NCBI GenBank assembly: GCA_046296715.1
Contig: JBKBIN010000007.1
Location: 1 to 64,000, forward strand
Reading direction: 5' to 3'
Length of the DNA: 64,000 bases
From: Candidatus Ratteibacteria bacterium
GTDB lineage: Bacteria; Ratteibacteria; UBA8468; B48-G9; JAFGKM01
Each line of letters starts with the position of its first letter. Positions within the stretch are counted from its first letter, which is position 1. A model generated the notes under the pieces. That model did no database searches. It saw only the letters and a program-made list of their open reading frames with translations, and was not told the DNA's origin. Below are positions 52,348 through 61,850 of the stretch, one piece after another. The position numbers and the translations under genes were made by a program.

Positions 52348-53310
52348 TTATGCTTGAACTGCAAGTTTCTTGATTATAATTTTCCCTGTAATACTTATAA
52401 TTGTTGTCACTATAAAAAGGACCACCCCAATTTCAATAAGAGATGAAAGATGTAAATTAGATACCGCTTCTGTAAATTCATTTGCTATTACAGAAGCCAT
52501 AGTATTTCCAGGTGAAAAAATACTTGATGGCATAATGTTAGAATTACCAATAACCATTGTGACAGCCATTGTTTCTCCAAGAGCCCTGCCAAGAGCAAGC
52601 ATCAAACCAGCAATTATTCCTGACCTTGTATAGGGAAGTACGATATACCTAATTACTTCATATCTTGTCGCACCAAGAGAGTATCCTGCCTCTTTAATTT
52701 CTGCAGGGACCATTTCTATAACTTCTCTTCCAATAGATGCTGAATATGGAATTATCATTATTGAAAGGATTATTGAAGCAGTAAATATTCCTACACCATA
52801 AGGAGTGATACCAAGTTTTATCTGTAAATATCTTATCCCAGGCACAAGCATAAATAAACCAAAAAAACCATAAACAACTGATGGAATACCTGCTAAAAGT
52901 TCTATTGAGTTTTTCAAAAATCCTGCAATAAATGATTTTTCTTTTATAAAATCACTTCCAAGATAAATAGAAATAGCAAGCGAAAAAGGAATTGAAATGA
53001 TAAGAGCAATAAAAGAAGTTAGAATTGTGCCAGTAATAAAGGGTAAAACACCATATTCTCCAAAAACAGGGTCCCATGTTTTACCCGTAAAAAATTTAAA
53101 ACCGAATGCTTTTATAGATGGTAGTGAATTTATAATCAGGGATAGAAAAAGGGAAATAACAAGCAGTAGAACAATTAAAGAGGAAAAAAAGATTAATTTT
53201 TTAAAGAAAAAATCAGATATAAAATCAGAAATTTTGAAGTATTTTTTAACAATTGAGAATTTTCCTTCATGAAAACTTACATTGTATGATGTTTGCTTGT
53301 TATTTCCCAT
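52348..53310 (-). CDS. pstC: Phosphate ABC transporter permease PstC
   Basis: WDP, ELLAGIPSVVYG, LGRALGETMAV and IANEF. Confidence 0.95.
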   Translation of the reverse strand: MGNNKQTSYNVSFHEGKFSIVKKYFKISDFISDFFFKKLIFFSSLIVLLLVISLFLSLIINSLPSIKAFGFKFFTGKTWDPVFGEYGVLPFITGTILTSFIALIISIPFSLAISIYLGSDFIKEKSFIAGFLKNSIELLAGIPSVVYGFFGLFMLVPGIRYLQIKLGITPYGVGIFTASIILSIMIIPYSASIGREVIEMVPAEIKEAGYSLGATRYEVIRYIVLPYTRSGIIAGLMLALGRALGETMAVTMVIGNSNIMPSSIFSPGNTMASVIANEFTEAVSNLHLSSLIEIGVVLFIVTTIISITGKIIIKKLAVQA

Positions 53311-53337
53311 TTTTTTCTCTATTATACAATAAAAAAT

Positions 53338-54384
53338 TTAGTTCATCAACTTTTTGCCACTATAAGTTATTGATTTTATTAAATTTTCTGCTTTTTTTAC
53401 TGCTTCTTTTGAAAGTGGAGCATAATGAAGTTCTTCTGTGTATTTTTGTCCTTGGTGAGTCATCCACCAGAGTAGTTCAACAAGAGCTTTTGCTTTTTCA
53501 TATGTTCTGTTTCCATAATTTTGTTCTTTATAGACAAGTATCCAAGTAAAACCACTAATTGGATATCCGTCCTTTGCATCAGTATTTGTAACAGAAACTC
53601 TCATATCATCAGGAAGTTTTATATTTGCAGAAGCACTCGTAGTTAAAAGAGATGGTACAATAAAATTTCCACTTTTATTTTGGACTTTTGCAAAGGGGAT
53701 TTTATTTCCAAGAGCATAGATAAGTTCTATATAACCAATTGAACCAGGTGTTTGTTTAACAAGTCCTGCAACTCCAGGATTTCCTTTTCCACCAATTCCA
53801 GTAGGCCAGTTTACAGATGTTCCACGACCAACTTTATTTTCCCATTCTTTGCTGATTTTGCTTAAATAATCTGTGAAAATAAAAGTTGTTCCACTTCCAT
53901 CAGATCTATAAACAGGAATAATATTGATATCTGGAAGTCTTACTTTTGAATTTACCTTTTGTATTTTTGGATCATTCCATTTTTTGATTTTACCTAAGTA
54001 TATTTCAGCAATAATTTCAGGAGTAAGATTTAGTTCATTAACACCAACAAGATTATAAGCAAGAACAACTGCTCCCATACAGATTGGAATGTGAAGAACT
54101 TCTCCAATTTCTTTTAGTTGCTCGTCAGTAAGATAGGCGTCAGAACCACCAAAATCAACAGTTTTTTCTTTGAGTTGCCTAATTCCACCACCTGAACCTA
54201 TAGCAGAATAATTTACTTTTATCCCTTTTTCTTTGTAATAGGCATCAAACATCTTTGAATATAGTGGATAAGGGAAAGTGGCTCCTGCACCAATCAGTTC
54301 AATTTCTTGTCCTCTTAAAATCTCATTTTTTGCAAAAATTAACACCACTATAAGCATAACTAAATTTTTTAAAATTTTTCTCAT
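53338..54384 (-). CDS. pstS: Phosphate-binding protein PstS
   Basis: GAGATFPYP, IGSGGG, DFGGSD, RSDGSGTT and YPISGFTW. Confidence 0.96.
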   Translation of the reverse strand: MRKILKNLVMLIVVLIFAKNEILRGQEIELIGAGATFPYPLYSKMFDAYYKEKGIKVNYSAIGSGGGIRQLKEKTVDFGGSDAYLTDEQLKEIGEVLHIPICMGAVVLAYNLVGVNELNLTPEIIAEIYLGKIKKWNDPKIQKVNSKVRLPDINIIPVYRSDGSGTTFIFTDYLSKISKEWENKVGRGTSVNWPTGIGGKGNPGVAGLVKQTPGSIGYIELIYALGNKIPFAKVQNKSGNFIVPSLLTTSASANIKLPDDMRVSVTNTDAKDGYPISGFTWILVYKEQNYGNRTYEKAKALVELLWWMTHQGQKYTEELHYAPLSKEAVKKAENLIKSITYSGKKLMN

Positions 54385-54401
54385 TTTATAACCTCCTTTT
54401 T

Positions 54402-55661
54402 TTAAAATGACACTACAAAATCAATTTGTAGTGTTTTTACATCTTTTGTTTTATTTATTCCAAGTGCATTTGATATAAGATAGGAAATACCAATGGAAGA
54501 ATTATTTGTAAGAGCGTATTTAAATCCAATCATATGACCTTTTATATCTGTTCCTCCAAAATCACTATCTGGCATAAACTCTATTATAGCGTCTGCTTCA
54601 AGTCGCCTATAATCATATTTTATTTCCCAGGTATTTTGTTTTTTTGCTGACCCAAATTTGAATCCGCAGATAAATCCATTGTTATTTTCTGAAACAGAAG
54701 AAGAAATATTTTTTATATACTCACCATATAAGGTAAAAGGTATTTTGTTTTCTTTAGAAATAAATTCAAAAGGAGTAAATTCAATGTAAGCATCAAGAAT
54801 ATCATAGTTATATCTATAATATTTTTTCCCACCAATTGTATATAATGTATTGCCTTTGTTATAGTAATCTGGAGAGATACTGGATGCTTCATTATCAGCA
54901 ATGTAATTATAGTCATAATATCCAATAGCTGCCTTAAAGTCCTTCTGTCGAATTTTTCCTCTATATCCCAATTGCATCCCAAGCATATAAGGGTCTTTAA
55001 CATCATTTTTAATTTCAAGTACTGGGAAATATCCTCCTGTTACAAAAAACTCACTAATAGTTTTTTCTTCTCTTTTAATTGGAAATGTTTTTTGAATAAT
55101 AAACCCTTCTGGATTTATGTCTCCATCCCAGACAAGATCTGATGAAATAAAGGGGTTTTTCATTTTTCCACCAGTAATTGAGAGTGTCGGAATAGAAGAA
55201 AAGGTATATTTAAGGTACGCTAAATCAAGCCATATTTTTTTATCACTGAAAGCATTTGTAAATGTTTGATTTGAACTTGTTGGATCTGTGCTTTCACCAG
55301 TTGCAATTCTAAAACCTACATCTAAACCTTCATTAACCATTGTATCAAAACCCCATCTAAATCTTATTCTTGTCCTATTTCTGTCTGGGTCTTTTGTAAC
55401 TTGAGAATAATCATATCTTAAACGAATATCTCCTTTAAACTTTGTATCTTTTATCCATTTGAATATTTTCTCTATATCTTTTTTCGCTACTTTTTCTTGT
55501 TCTTTTGCCTCTTTTTTTGCTTCTTCAACTATATTTTTTGCTTCTTCTTTAGTTAGAATACCTTTTTCTACCAACTTTTCAACCAGAAAATCTATCTCAG
55601 TAGCAAAAGATATTCCTACCATCATTAGTAGGATTATTATTATTTTTTTTATCTTTTTCAT
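54402..55661 (-). CDS. Putative outer-membrane porin in the Pho operon
   Basis: Signal peptide, LVEKLVEKGILT.EEA coiled coil, GDIRLRY, R.R.R.R.G, WDGDINPEG, alternating beta strands and terminal Phe. Confidence 0.8.
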   Translation of the reverse strand: MKKIKKIIIILLMMVGISFATEIDFLVEKLVEKGILTKEEAKNIVEEAKKEAKEQEKVAKKDIEKIFKWIKDTKFKGDIRLRYDYSQVTKDPDRNRTRIRFRWGFDTMVNEGLDVGFRIATGESTDPTSSNQTFTNAFSDKKIWLDLAYLKYTFSSIPTLSITGGKMKNPFISSDLVWDGDINPEGFIIQKTFPIKREEKTISEFFVTGGYFPVLEIKNDVKDPYMLGMQLGYRGKIRQKDFKAAIGYYDYNYIADNEASSISPDYYNKGNTLYTIGGKKYYRYNYDILDAYIEFTPFEFISKENKIPFTLYGEYIKNISSSVSENNNGFICGFKFGSAKKQNTWEIKYDYRRLEADAIIEFMPDSDFGGTDIKGHMIGFKYALTNNSSIGISYLISNALGINKTKDVKTLQIDFVVSF

Positions 55662-55810
55662 TTTTCCTCCTTTTTTAGATAAACTTTTTTTATCTTTTCT
55701 ATTTTAATCTCCCCTTGCCTTTCCTTTTTCTTTTTTTCATCACCTCCTTTCTTGGCATTTTTCAAGGAGAACGTTTTTTTATTTTTTTCACTTATAATTT
55801 ACCTGTGCAA

Positions 55811-55849
55811 TGTTAAAAATAAATAAAGAATTTGTTAAATTTTGGTTAA
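55811..55849 (-). promoter_or_regulatory. Pho box (11-bp-period TTAACA-like repeats) upstream of the porin-pstSCAB-phoU operon
   Basis: Minus-strand hexamers TTAACC (55844-49), TTAACA (55833-38), TTTATT (55822-27) and TTAACA (55811-16) at exact 11-bp spacing. Confidence 0.7.
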
Positions 55850-55872
55850 ATTTTTTCAGGAGGGAAGATATT

Positions 55873-57000
55873 TTATGGTTGATTTAATTTTAATGGAAGA
55901 GAAACGATAACTTCTGTCCCTTGCCCAAGAGAACTTTTTATATCAATAGTCCCTTTATGAAGAAGAACTATATGTTTTACTATTGCAAGTCCAAGTCCTG
56001 TTCCACCTGTTTCCCGCGAACGGGATTTATCCACTACATAAAATCTTTCAAATACCCTTGGAAGTGATTTTTCTGGTATACCAATTCCTGTATCCTTAAT
56101 CCTAATAATTAAATTTGTATCTTTTTTTTCTGTTTTTATTTTTATTTCTCCTTTATCCGTGTATCTCACAGCATTATCAAGAAGATTTATAATAAGATCT
56201 TCAATCTTATAATAGTCTCCATATATATAACGATTTATCTTATCTATTTCTAAAGTTAATGTAAGACCTTTTTGTTTTATTTTTTTCTCAAACATATCAA
56301 CAATTTTTTCAATCAATTCTTTTATGTCAACTTTCTCAAATTCTATCTTCTCTTCTTCAAGTTCTGAAAGTTTAAGTAGATCATTTATAATTCTTACAAG
56401 CCGTTCAGTATGGTTTTTTGTTATTTCAACATATTTCTTAATTTTATCATCAACCTCATCATATATTGTCTCAAGATATCCTTTTATTACAGTAAGAGGT
56501 GTTTTCAATTCATGTGAAATATTGGAAACTATTTCTTTTTTTATTCTTGATATTTCTTTTGTATCAGTTATGTCTTTAAATATTATGAATGTCTCATTAT
56601 TTTCTAACCAGAAAAAAACTTTATATATTTTTTCTTTATGAAGTAGTTCTTCAATAATAACTGTTTTTTTCTCTTGAACTTTATGGATTGATTCAATAAA
56701 TTCTGGTTGGTTAAAAAATTCAAAGTAGTTATGTTCTTCCGTGGAATTATCTGTAATATGTTTTAATTCGGCATTTGCAAATTTAATCTTTCCTTTTTTA
56801 TCAAGGACTAATATAGGGATAGGAAAGTTTTGTAAAATATTTTCTATTTTATTTTCTATCTCTGCGTTTATTTGTTTTATCTCAGCATTTTCTAATAAAA
56901 GTTTTTTGTTTATCAAAGTTAAATATTTGTTGTGTAAAATTAAAAATATTAACGCACCTATAAACACAAAAATTAAAACAATTAGTATTATAACTATCAT
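55873..57000 (-). CDS. phoR: Phosphate regulon sensor kinase PhoR
   Basis: Single TM, PAS-like region, SHELKTPLT, NLLDNA, DTGIGI, RFYVVDKSRSRETGGTGLGLAIVKH; pst context. Confidence 0.9.
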   Translation of the reverse strand: MIVIILIVLIFVFIGALIFLILHNKYLTLINKKLLLENAEIKQINAEIENKIENILQNFPIPILVLDKKGKIKFANAELKHITDNSTEEHNYFEFFNQPEFIESIHKVQEKKTVIIEELLHKEKIYKVFFWLENNETFIIFKDITDTKEISRIKKEIVSNISHELKTPLTVIKGYLETIYDEVDDKIKKYVEITKNHTERLVRIINDLLKLSELEEEKIEFEKVDIKELIEKIVDMFEKKIKQKGLTLTLEIDKINRYIYGDYYKIEDLIINLLDNAVRYTDKGEIKIKTEKKDTNLIIRIKDTGIGIPEKSLPRVFERFYVVDKSRSRETGGTGLGLAIVKHIVLLHKGTIDIKSSLGQGTEVIVSLPLKLNQP

Positions 57001-57677
57001 TCTTCTATCTTATAACCAACTCCTCTTACACTTTTAATATATTTACCTGCCTTACCTAATTTTTCTCGGAGATTTTTTATATGGACATCAATAGTTCTAT
57101 CAATTACAAGTTTTTCTCCTTCCCACAATAAATTAACAATTTTATCTCTTGGAAATACCCAACCTTTTTTAGACGCAAGAATTTTTAATATTCCGAATTC
57201 TGCAAATGTCAATTCTACCTTTTTATTTTTTACATATACAGAATGTTTTGGTATATCTATTAAAATGTCATTACCAATTTTTATTATTTCTTGTTCAAAT
57301 GTTGTTGTCTTATATCTTCTTAAAACAGCTTTTACTCTTGCAACAAGTTCCTTAGGTGAAAAAGGTTTTGTTATATAATCATCTGCTCCAATTTCAAGAC
57401 CTATCACTCTATCCGAAATTTCAGTTCTTGCAGTAACCATAATTATGGGGAGATTCGGAGAAATAGATAATTTGATTTGTTTACATACATCAATACCATC
57501 CATATCAGGTAAAATAAGGTCAAGTATTAAAAGGTCAAATTTTTCTTTTTCAATTGCCTTAAATAGTTCATCTGCCTTTAAGAATTTATATACCCTATAG
57601 TTTGCCTTTTCAAGATGGAGAGATATAAGTTCTAAAATATCTTTTTCATCTTCAAGTATTGCAATTTTTTCATTCAT
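56997..57677 (-). CDS. phoB: OmpR-family response regulator PhoB/PhoP
   Basis: LDLILP, GADDYITKPFS, RTIDVHI..LREKL and VRGVGY; pst context. Confidence 0.88.
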   Translation of the reverse strand: MNEKIAILEDEKDILELISLHLEKANYRVYKFLKADELFKAIEKEKFDLLILDLILPDMDGIDVCKQIKLSISPNLPIIMVTARTEISDRVIGLEIGADDYITKPFSPKELVARVKAVLRRYKTTTFEQEIIKIGNDILIDIPKHSVYVKNKKVELTFAEFGILKILASKKGWVFPRDKIVNLLWEGEKLVIDRTIDVHIKNLREKLGKAGKYIKSVRGVGYKIEE

Positions 57678-57765
57678 ATAATAATTTTAACCTAAAATTC
57701 CAATAAAAAAAATTTTTATGTTAATCTTCTGAATTTATCTGATAAGGATTTATAAGGTTTGATTC

Positions 57766-59988
57766 TTATTTTAAAAACCAAAGGTGGACTTGGCCAAGAT
57801 ATTTACCTGTAAAGGGTTTTCCTACAATTGCTGGTTTTTCATTAATTTTAATTAATTTAGCATCATGGCTTCCTACGCCTTTATCAACAACATGAGCTTC
57901 AAATTTACAATTTCCTTTATTAACAAAAAGAATTACTTCTGGATTTTCAGTAAAATCCATTTCAATAACACATATATCTGGATAACCATTTCCAGTAAAA
58001 TCAGCAATTATTAATGAATGAGGGTCAACAAGGTCAGATACAAGAACATATTCTTCCCATAAATTTTTCGGATCTTCCTTTACTTTAAAATATGCAACTC
58101 GTCCTTTTTCTTTTCTTCCACCATATTGAGCATCTCCTTCTGAAACTATAATTTCAAATTTTCCATCCTTATCTAAATCTTCAACTGCTACAAGTGTTTT
58201 TACATATCCTTTTGAATACTGAAATTTCTGCCAGTGTTTTTTTATATCATTTGATGGTTTAAACCAAAAGTTGCCTGTTATAATTTCATTTTTTCCATCT
58301 TGGTCTATATCTGCCCATACAAGTCCCTCTTCATTTATATCTTCTGCAATTATATATACATCCCATTGTTTTGTTGGGTTTTCTTTTGGCTTTAGCCATA
58401 AAATTTTATTCTGCCCTTGGTTATGGGTTATCAATTCTCCTTTGCCATCACCATCTATATCTGCCCAAATCTGAGTATGAAATTTTGGAGCAAAGCATCC
58501 GATTATATATCTATCCCATTTTTTATTTAAATCATCTGGCTGTTTCCACCAGTACAAATAAGGATTTTTATGATCTCCACCTGCAATAAAATCAAGTTTT
58601 CCATCACCATCAACATCTGCTAATATTCCTCCAGATTCAAGATTTTCTATCTCATCGTCAATTAAGTAAGTTTCCCATTTATCATAATTAATCTGTTTTA
58701 ACCATATAAGACCATCTTTACTTTTCTGTCTACTCCCAATTACAACATCTTCCTTTCCATCCTTGTCTATATCTCCAACAACGCAGATAGTTCTATTAAC
58801 ATCAGAAAGGAGTTTTTTTATTGTTATCCTTTCCATTTGAAAAATGTATTCCTTAGGAATTTTTGCTTTTGTCCATATAGCAACTTTTTTAAAGAAATTT
58901 CTCTTTTCAGGTGTATTTATAAGCCAGTTTGTTGGCGGAGATTGAAAGCCATCTCTGTAATTATTTTCTCCTTGGTCATAATATCCCCAACTAACTCCTT
59001 CTTTTAAAGCAACTTCCATATTATCTAAATTTGTACTATCTTCATTAAAAACTATAGGTTTTTTCATATTCCACGAATTTAATTTTTCTTTTACAATTCC
59101 TATCATTTCTTCTATTCTTTTAGGCCTCTGTCCATTTCCATGTAAAAGAACAAAATCAACAGTTTTTAAAATTTCATCAGGAGGAATTATCCCACCGCAG
59201 AAACTTGTTGAAACTAATAATTTATGATTACTTTTTTCTTTAACAAGATTAATAAGTTCATTAATTCTTTTTGGTTTTAATATTTCATGGTCATATCCAG
59301 GATGATCACATTCATTCGCAATCTCTATAAGAACATTTTCATATCTATTTTTTAGTAACCAATTAACAATATTTATTACTCCATTTTTTATTGCTTGTTC
59401 ATCTTTTAAAATTTGGTCCTGACCAAAATAAAAAAGTCCAAGTATTACTACCATATCAAGTTTATTACTTTCATCCAGAATTCTCTTCAATCTATTTAGC
59501 CATTGTTCTTTTAAAGATCCATCTGGTTTAAAAGCAGAAACTATCCACTCTTGTTTTCCAGAAAATTTTCCAGCAACAGGACCACCACACTGTAAATTAA
59601 TTGTAAATCCAATAAGTCCAAATTCTTTATAAATTGGCAATGCATTTATAAATTCTTGTATATTTCTTTCAGGGTCAAATCTACTTCCATCAGGATATTT
59701 CCACAAAAATTGTGTGTTTGGATTTTCATCATCAAAAAGTGCTTGAACCATCCTTGAGTTAATTATTGTTCCAAATATTTTTTCATTTGCTTTTAAATTT
59801 TCGGAATAAGTAATTTTATCGTTTATATAAAACTTTTCACCTTTTATACTAACTTTTATCCTCATTTTTTCCCTTTCGTCTGAATATAAAATTTGAGTTT
59901 TTACTATTATAATTATAATAAAAACAAAAATTAATAAAAACAATGCACCAATAAAGTGTAATAATATGTGAAACTTTTTTATTTCCAA
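57766..59988 (-). CDS. Fusion protein: clan GH-A-like TIM barrel plus FG-GAP/VCBS repeat domain
   Basis: IEIANEC and VFNED in the N-terminal half; repeated D(I/V/L)DxDGKx(D/E) motifs in the C-terminal half. Start is either TTG 59988 (adds a TM anchor) or ATG 59865. Confidence 0.7.
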   Translation of the reverse strand: MEIKKFHILLHFIGALFLLIFVFIIIIIVKTQILYSDEREKMRIKVSIKGEKFYINDKITYSENLKANEKIFGTIINSRMVQALFDDENPNTQFLWKYPDGSRFDPERNIQEFINALPIYKEFGLIGFTINLQCGGPVAGKFSGKQEWIVSAFKPDGSLKEQWLNRLKRILDESNKLDMVVILGLFYFGQDQILKDEQAIKNGVINIVNWLLKNRYENVLIEIANECDHPGYDHEILKPKRINELINLVKEKSNHKLLVSTSFCGGIIPPDEILKTVDFVLLHGNGQRPKRIEEMIGIVKEKLNSWNMKKPIVFNEDSTNLDNMEVALKEGVSWGYYDQGENNYRDGFQSPPTNWLINTPEKRNFFKKVAIWTKAKIPKEYIFQMERITIKKLLSDVNRTICVVGDIDKDGKEDVVIGSRQKSKDGLIWLKQINYDKWETYLIDDEIENLESGGILADVDGDGKLDFIAGGDHKNPYLYWWKQPDDLNKKWDRYIIGCFAPKFHTQIWADIDGDGKGELITHNQGQNKILWLKPKENPTKQWDVYIIAEDINEEGLVWADIDQDGKNEIITGNFWFKPSNDIKKHWQKFQYSKGYVKTLVAVEDLDKDGKFEIIVSEGDAQYGGRKEKGRVAYFKVKEDPKNLWEEYVLVSDLVDPHSLIIADFTGNGYPDICVIEMDFTENPEVILFVNKGNCKFEAHVVDKGVGSHDAKLIKINEKPAIVGKPFTGKYLGQVHLWFLK

Positions 59989-60948
59989 TTTTTTAAAACA
60001 TTTAGTCCAACTTTCAGAGATTCATAACCGTCAATTCCACCAACAATTGGTTTTTTATTGTTTTTTACACAATCAATAAAATGTTCCATCTGTTTTTCAA
60101 ACCCTATACTAAGAGAATTTAAATGAATTGGTCCTATTTTTTCTTCTTGGTTTTCTCTCTTTATAACAAAATATTTCCCTTTCTCATCTTGAAAGCCACC
60201 AAAAATTAAAACTCCACCAGGTCCAAGTGCTTGATGGACATAACAAGAAGAAACATTTTTAGGTAATCCCCAACTCCAGTATAGAACAAGCATATCTCCA
60301 CTTTCAAATTCAATAATTGCAGTTCCTGTATCTGGAGAAGTAAAATTTTTAAATTTTGTCAATGAACTTTTAACTTTTTTAACTTTTCCAAATGTATAAA
60401 TTGCAAAATCATATGAATGAACTGCTCCATCTACAAAAGGTCCCATTCCCTTTTTAATATCATAATACCATTCAGAAGAAGGTCCATTACCACCCCATAT
60501 CTGATGCCATACAACAGGTCTTCCAATAATTCTTTCCTCCATAAGTTCTTTAAACTTTAACCATTCTTCATCAAATCTTCTCACATAACCAATCTGAAAT
60601 ATAACATTGTTTTTTTCGCATTCATCTATCATTTTTTCTGCTTGCTTTAAATTTATTGCGATTGGTTTTTCACAGAATATATGTTTTTTTTGCTTTTGCT
60701 GCATCTTTTACAATTTGATAATGAAGATGAGTTGGTGTTGAACAAATAATTGCATCTATGTCTGATTTTTTGAGCATCTCTTTATAATCAGCATAAATTT
60801 CTTCTACTCCAAACTCATTTTTAAATGAATTTAAAACATCAGGAATTATATCTGATGCTGAAATAATCTTTACTTCCTGAAATTTTTTTAAAATATTTGC
60901 ATGATACTTACCCATTCCACCACAACCAATTATACCTATCTTAACCAT
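59979..60948 (-). pseudogene. Gfo/Idh/MocA oxidoreductase split by a +1 insertion in an A8 tract
   Basis: The 5' ORF has GCGGMG..STPTHLH..DAAKAKK and the 3' ORF continues HIFCEKP; the junction is the T8 run at 60684-60691, where 7 would restore the frame. Confidence 0.85.
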
Positions 60949-61023
60949 TTTGTCTCCTTTTTATCCTATATTATATTTCAAAATAAAAAATGTTAAAATA
61001 AAAAAAGAAAAAAGGAGGTAGGT

Positions 61024-61389
61024 ATGGAAGTAAAAATAAAGTTTGAAAATTCAGAAATAGATGTTGAAATATTTGAAACAGAACTTGGGAAAAAAATAAT
61101 TGAGAAATTGCCAATTGAATCAAAAGCAAGGTTGTGGGGAAAAGAGATATATTTTGAAATTCCCATTAAAAGTTCTATTTTAAATCCCAAAAATGAAGTT
61201 GAGAAAGGAGATATTGGATATTGGCCTGATGGTAGTTGTATGTGTTTATTTTTTGGTCCAACTCCTATAAGTAAAGGAGAAAAAATTATTCCAGCCAGTT
61301 CAGTAGAAATAATAGGAAAAATAAAATCAGACCTAAAAATTCTTGAAAATGTAAAAAGTGGAGAAAAAATAAGAGTTGAAAAAAAATGA
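61024..61389 (+). CDS. Cyclophilin-like fold protein (DUF369/TM1367-like)
   Basis: LP......WGKEIYF, GDIGYWP.G...CLFFGPTP and PASSV.IIG. Confidence 0.8.
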   Translation: MEVKIKFENSEIDVEIFETELGKKIIEKLPIESKARLWGKEIYFEIPIKSSILNPKNEVEKGDIGYWPDGSCMCLFFGPTPISKGEKIIPASSVEIIGKIKSDLKILENVKSGEKIRVEKK

Positions 61390-61850
61390 AGATAGGAGAT
61401 TTTTTACTTGATGAAATTTATTGTGGAGATGCATTGAAATTATTAAAGAGAATCCCTGATGAGACAATAGATTTAGTAATAACTGACCCACCTTTTGCTA
61501 TTGATTTTAAGGGAAAAAAGAATAATTATAATAGAAAAAATGAAAAAGTAATTGATGGTTATAATGAAATTCCAAAAGAAAAATATTATGAGTTTACTTA
61601 TAGAAAAGAAATAAGAAAACATTTATGGGCTAAAGAAATGAATTCTAATCCTTCTAAATACAATCTTTTTTTTACACAATCACCAAGAGGTATAGTTTCT
61701 ATTAAACAAGTTCTTGACTATGTTATTCATAGATGGGGTGTTCCTCTTTGTTGCTTTTTAATTATGGAAAAAGATTTAGAAAAACAAAATAAAAAAGGAG
61801 AAAAATATGAAAGCAGCGATTTTTTATGGAATAGAAGATATAAGAGTTGA
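61386..61850 (+). pseudogene. Truncated N4/N6 DNA methyltransferase (beta class, N-terminal part only)
   Basis: IYCGDAL.LL..IPDETIDLVITDPPF catalytic motif IV; no later HPT.KP or DPF.GSG SAM-binding motif; sequence after ~YYEFT looks unrelated. Confidence 0.72.
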
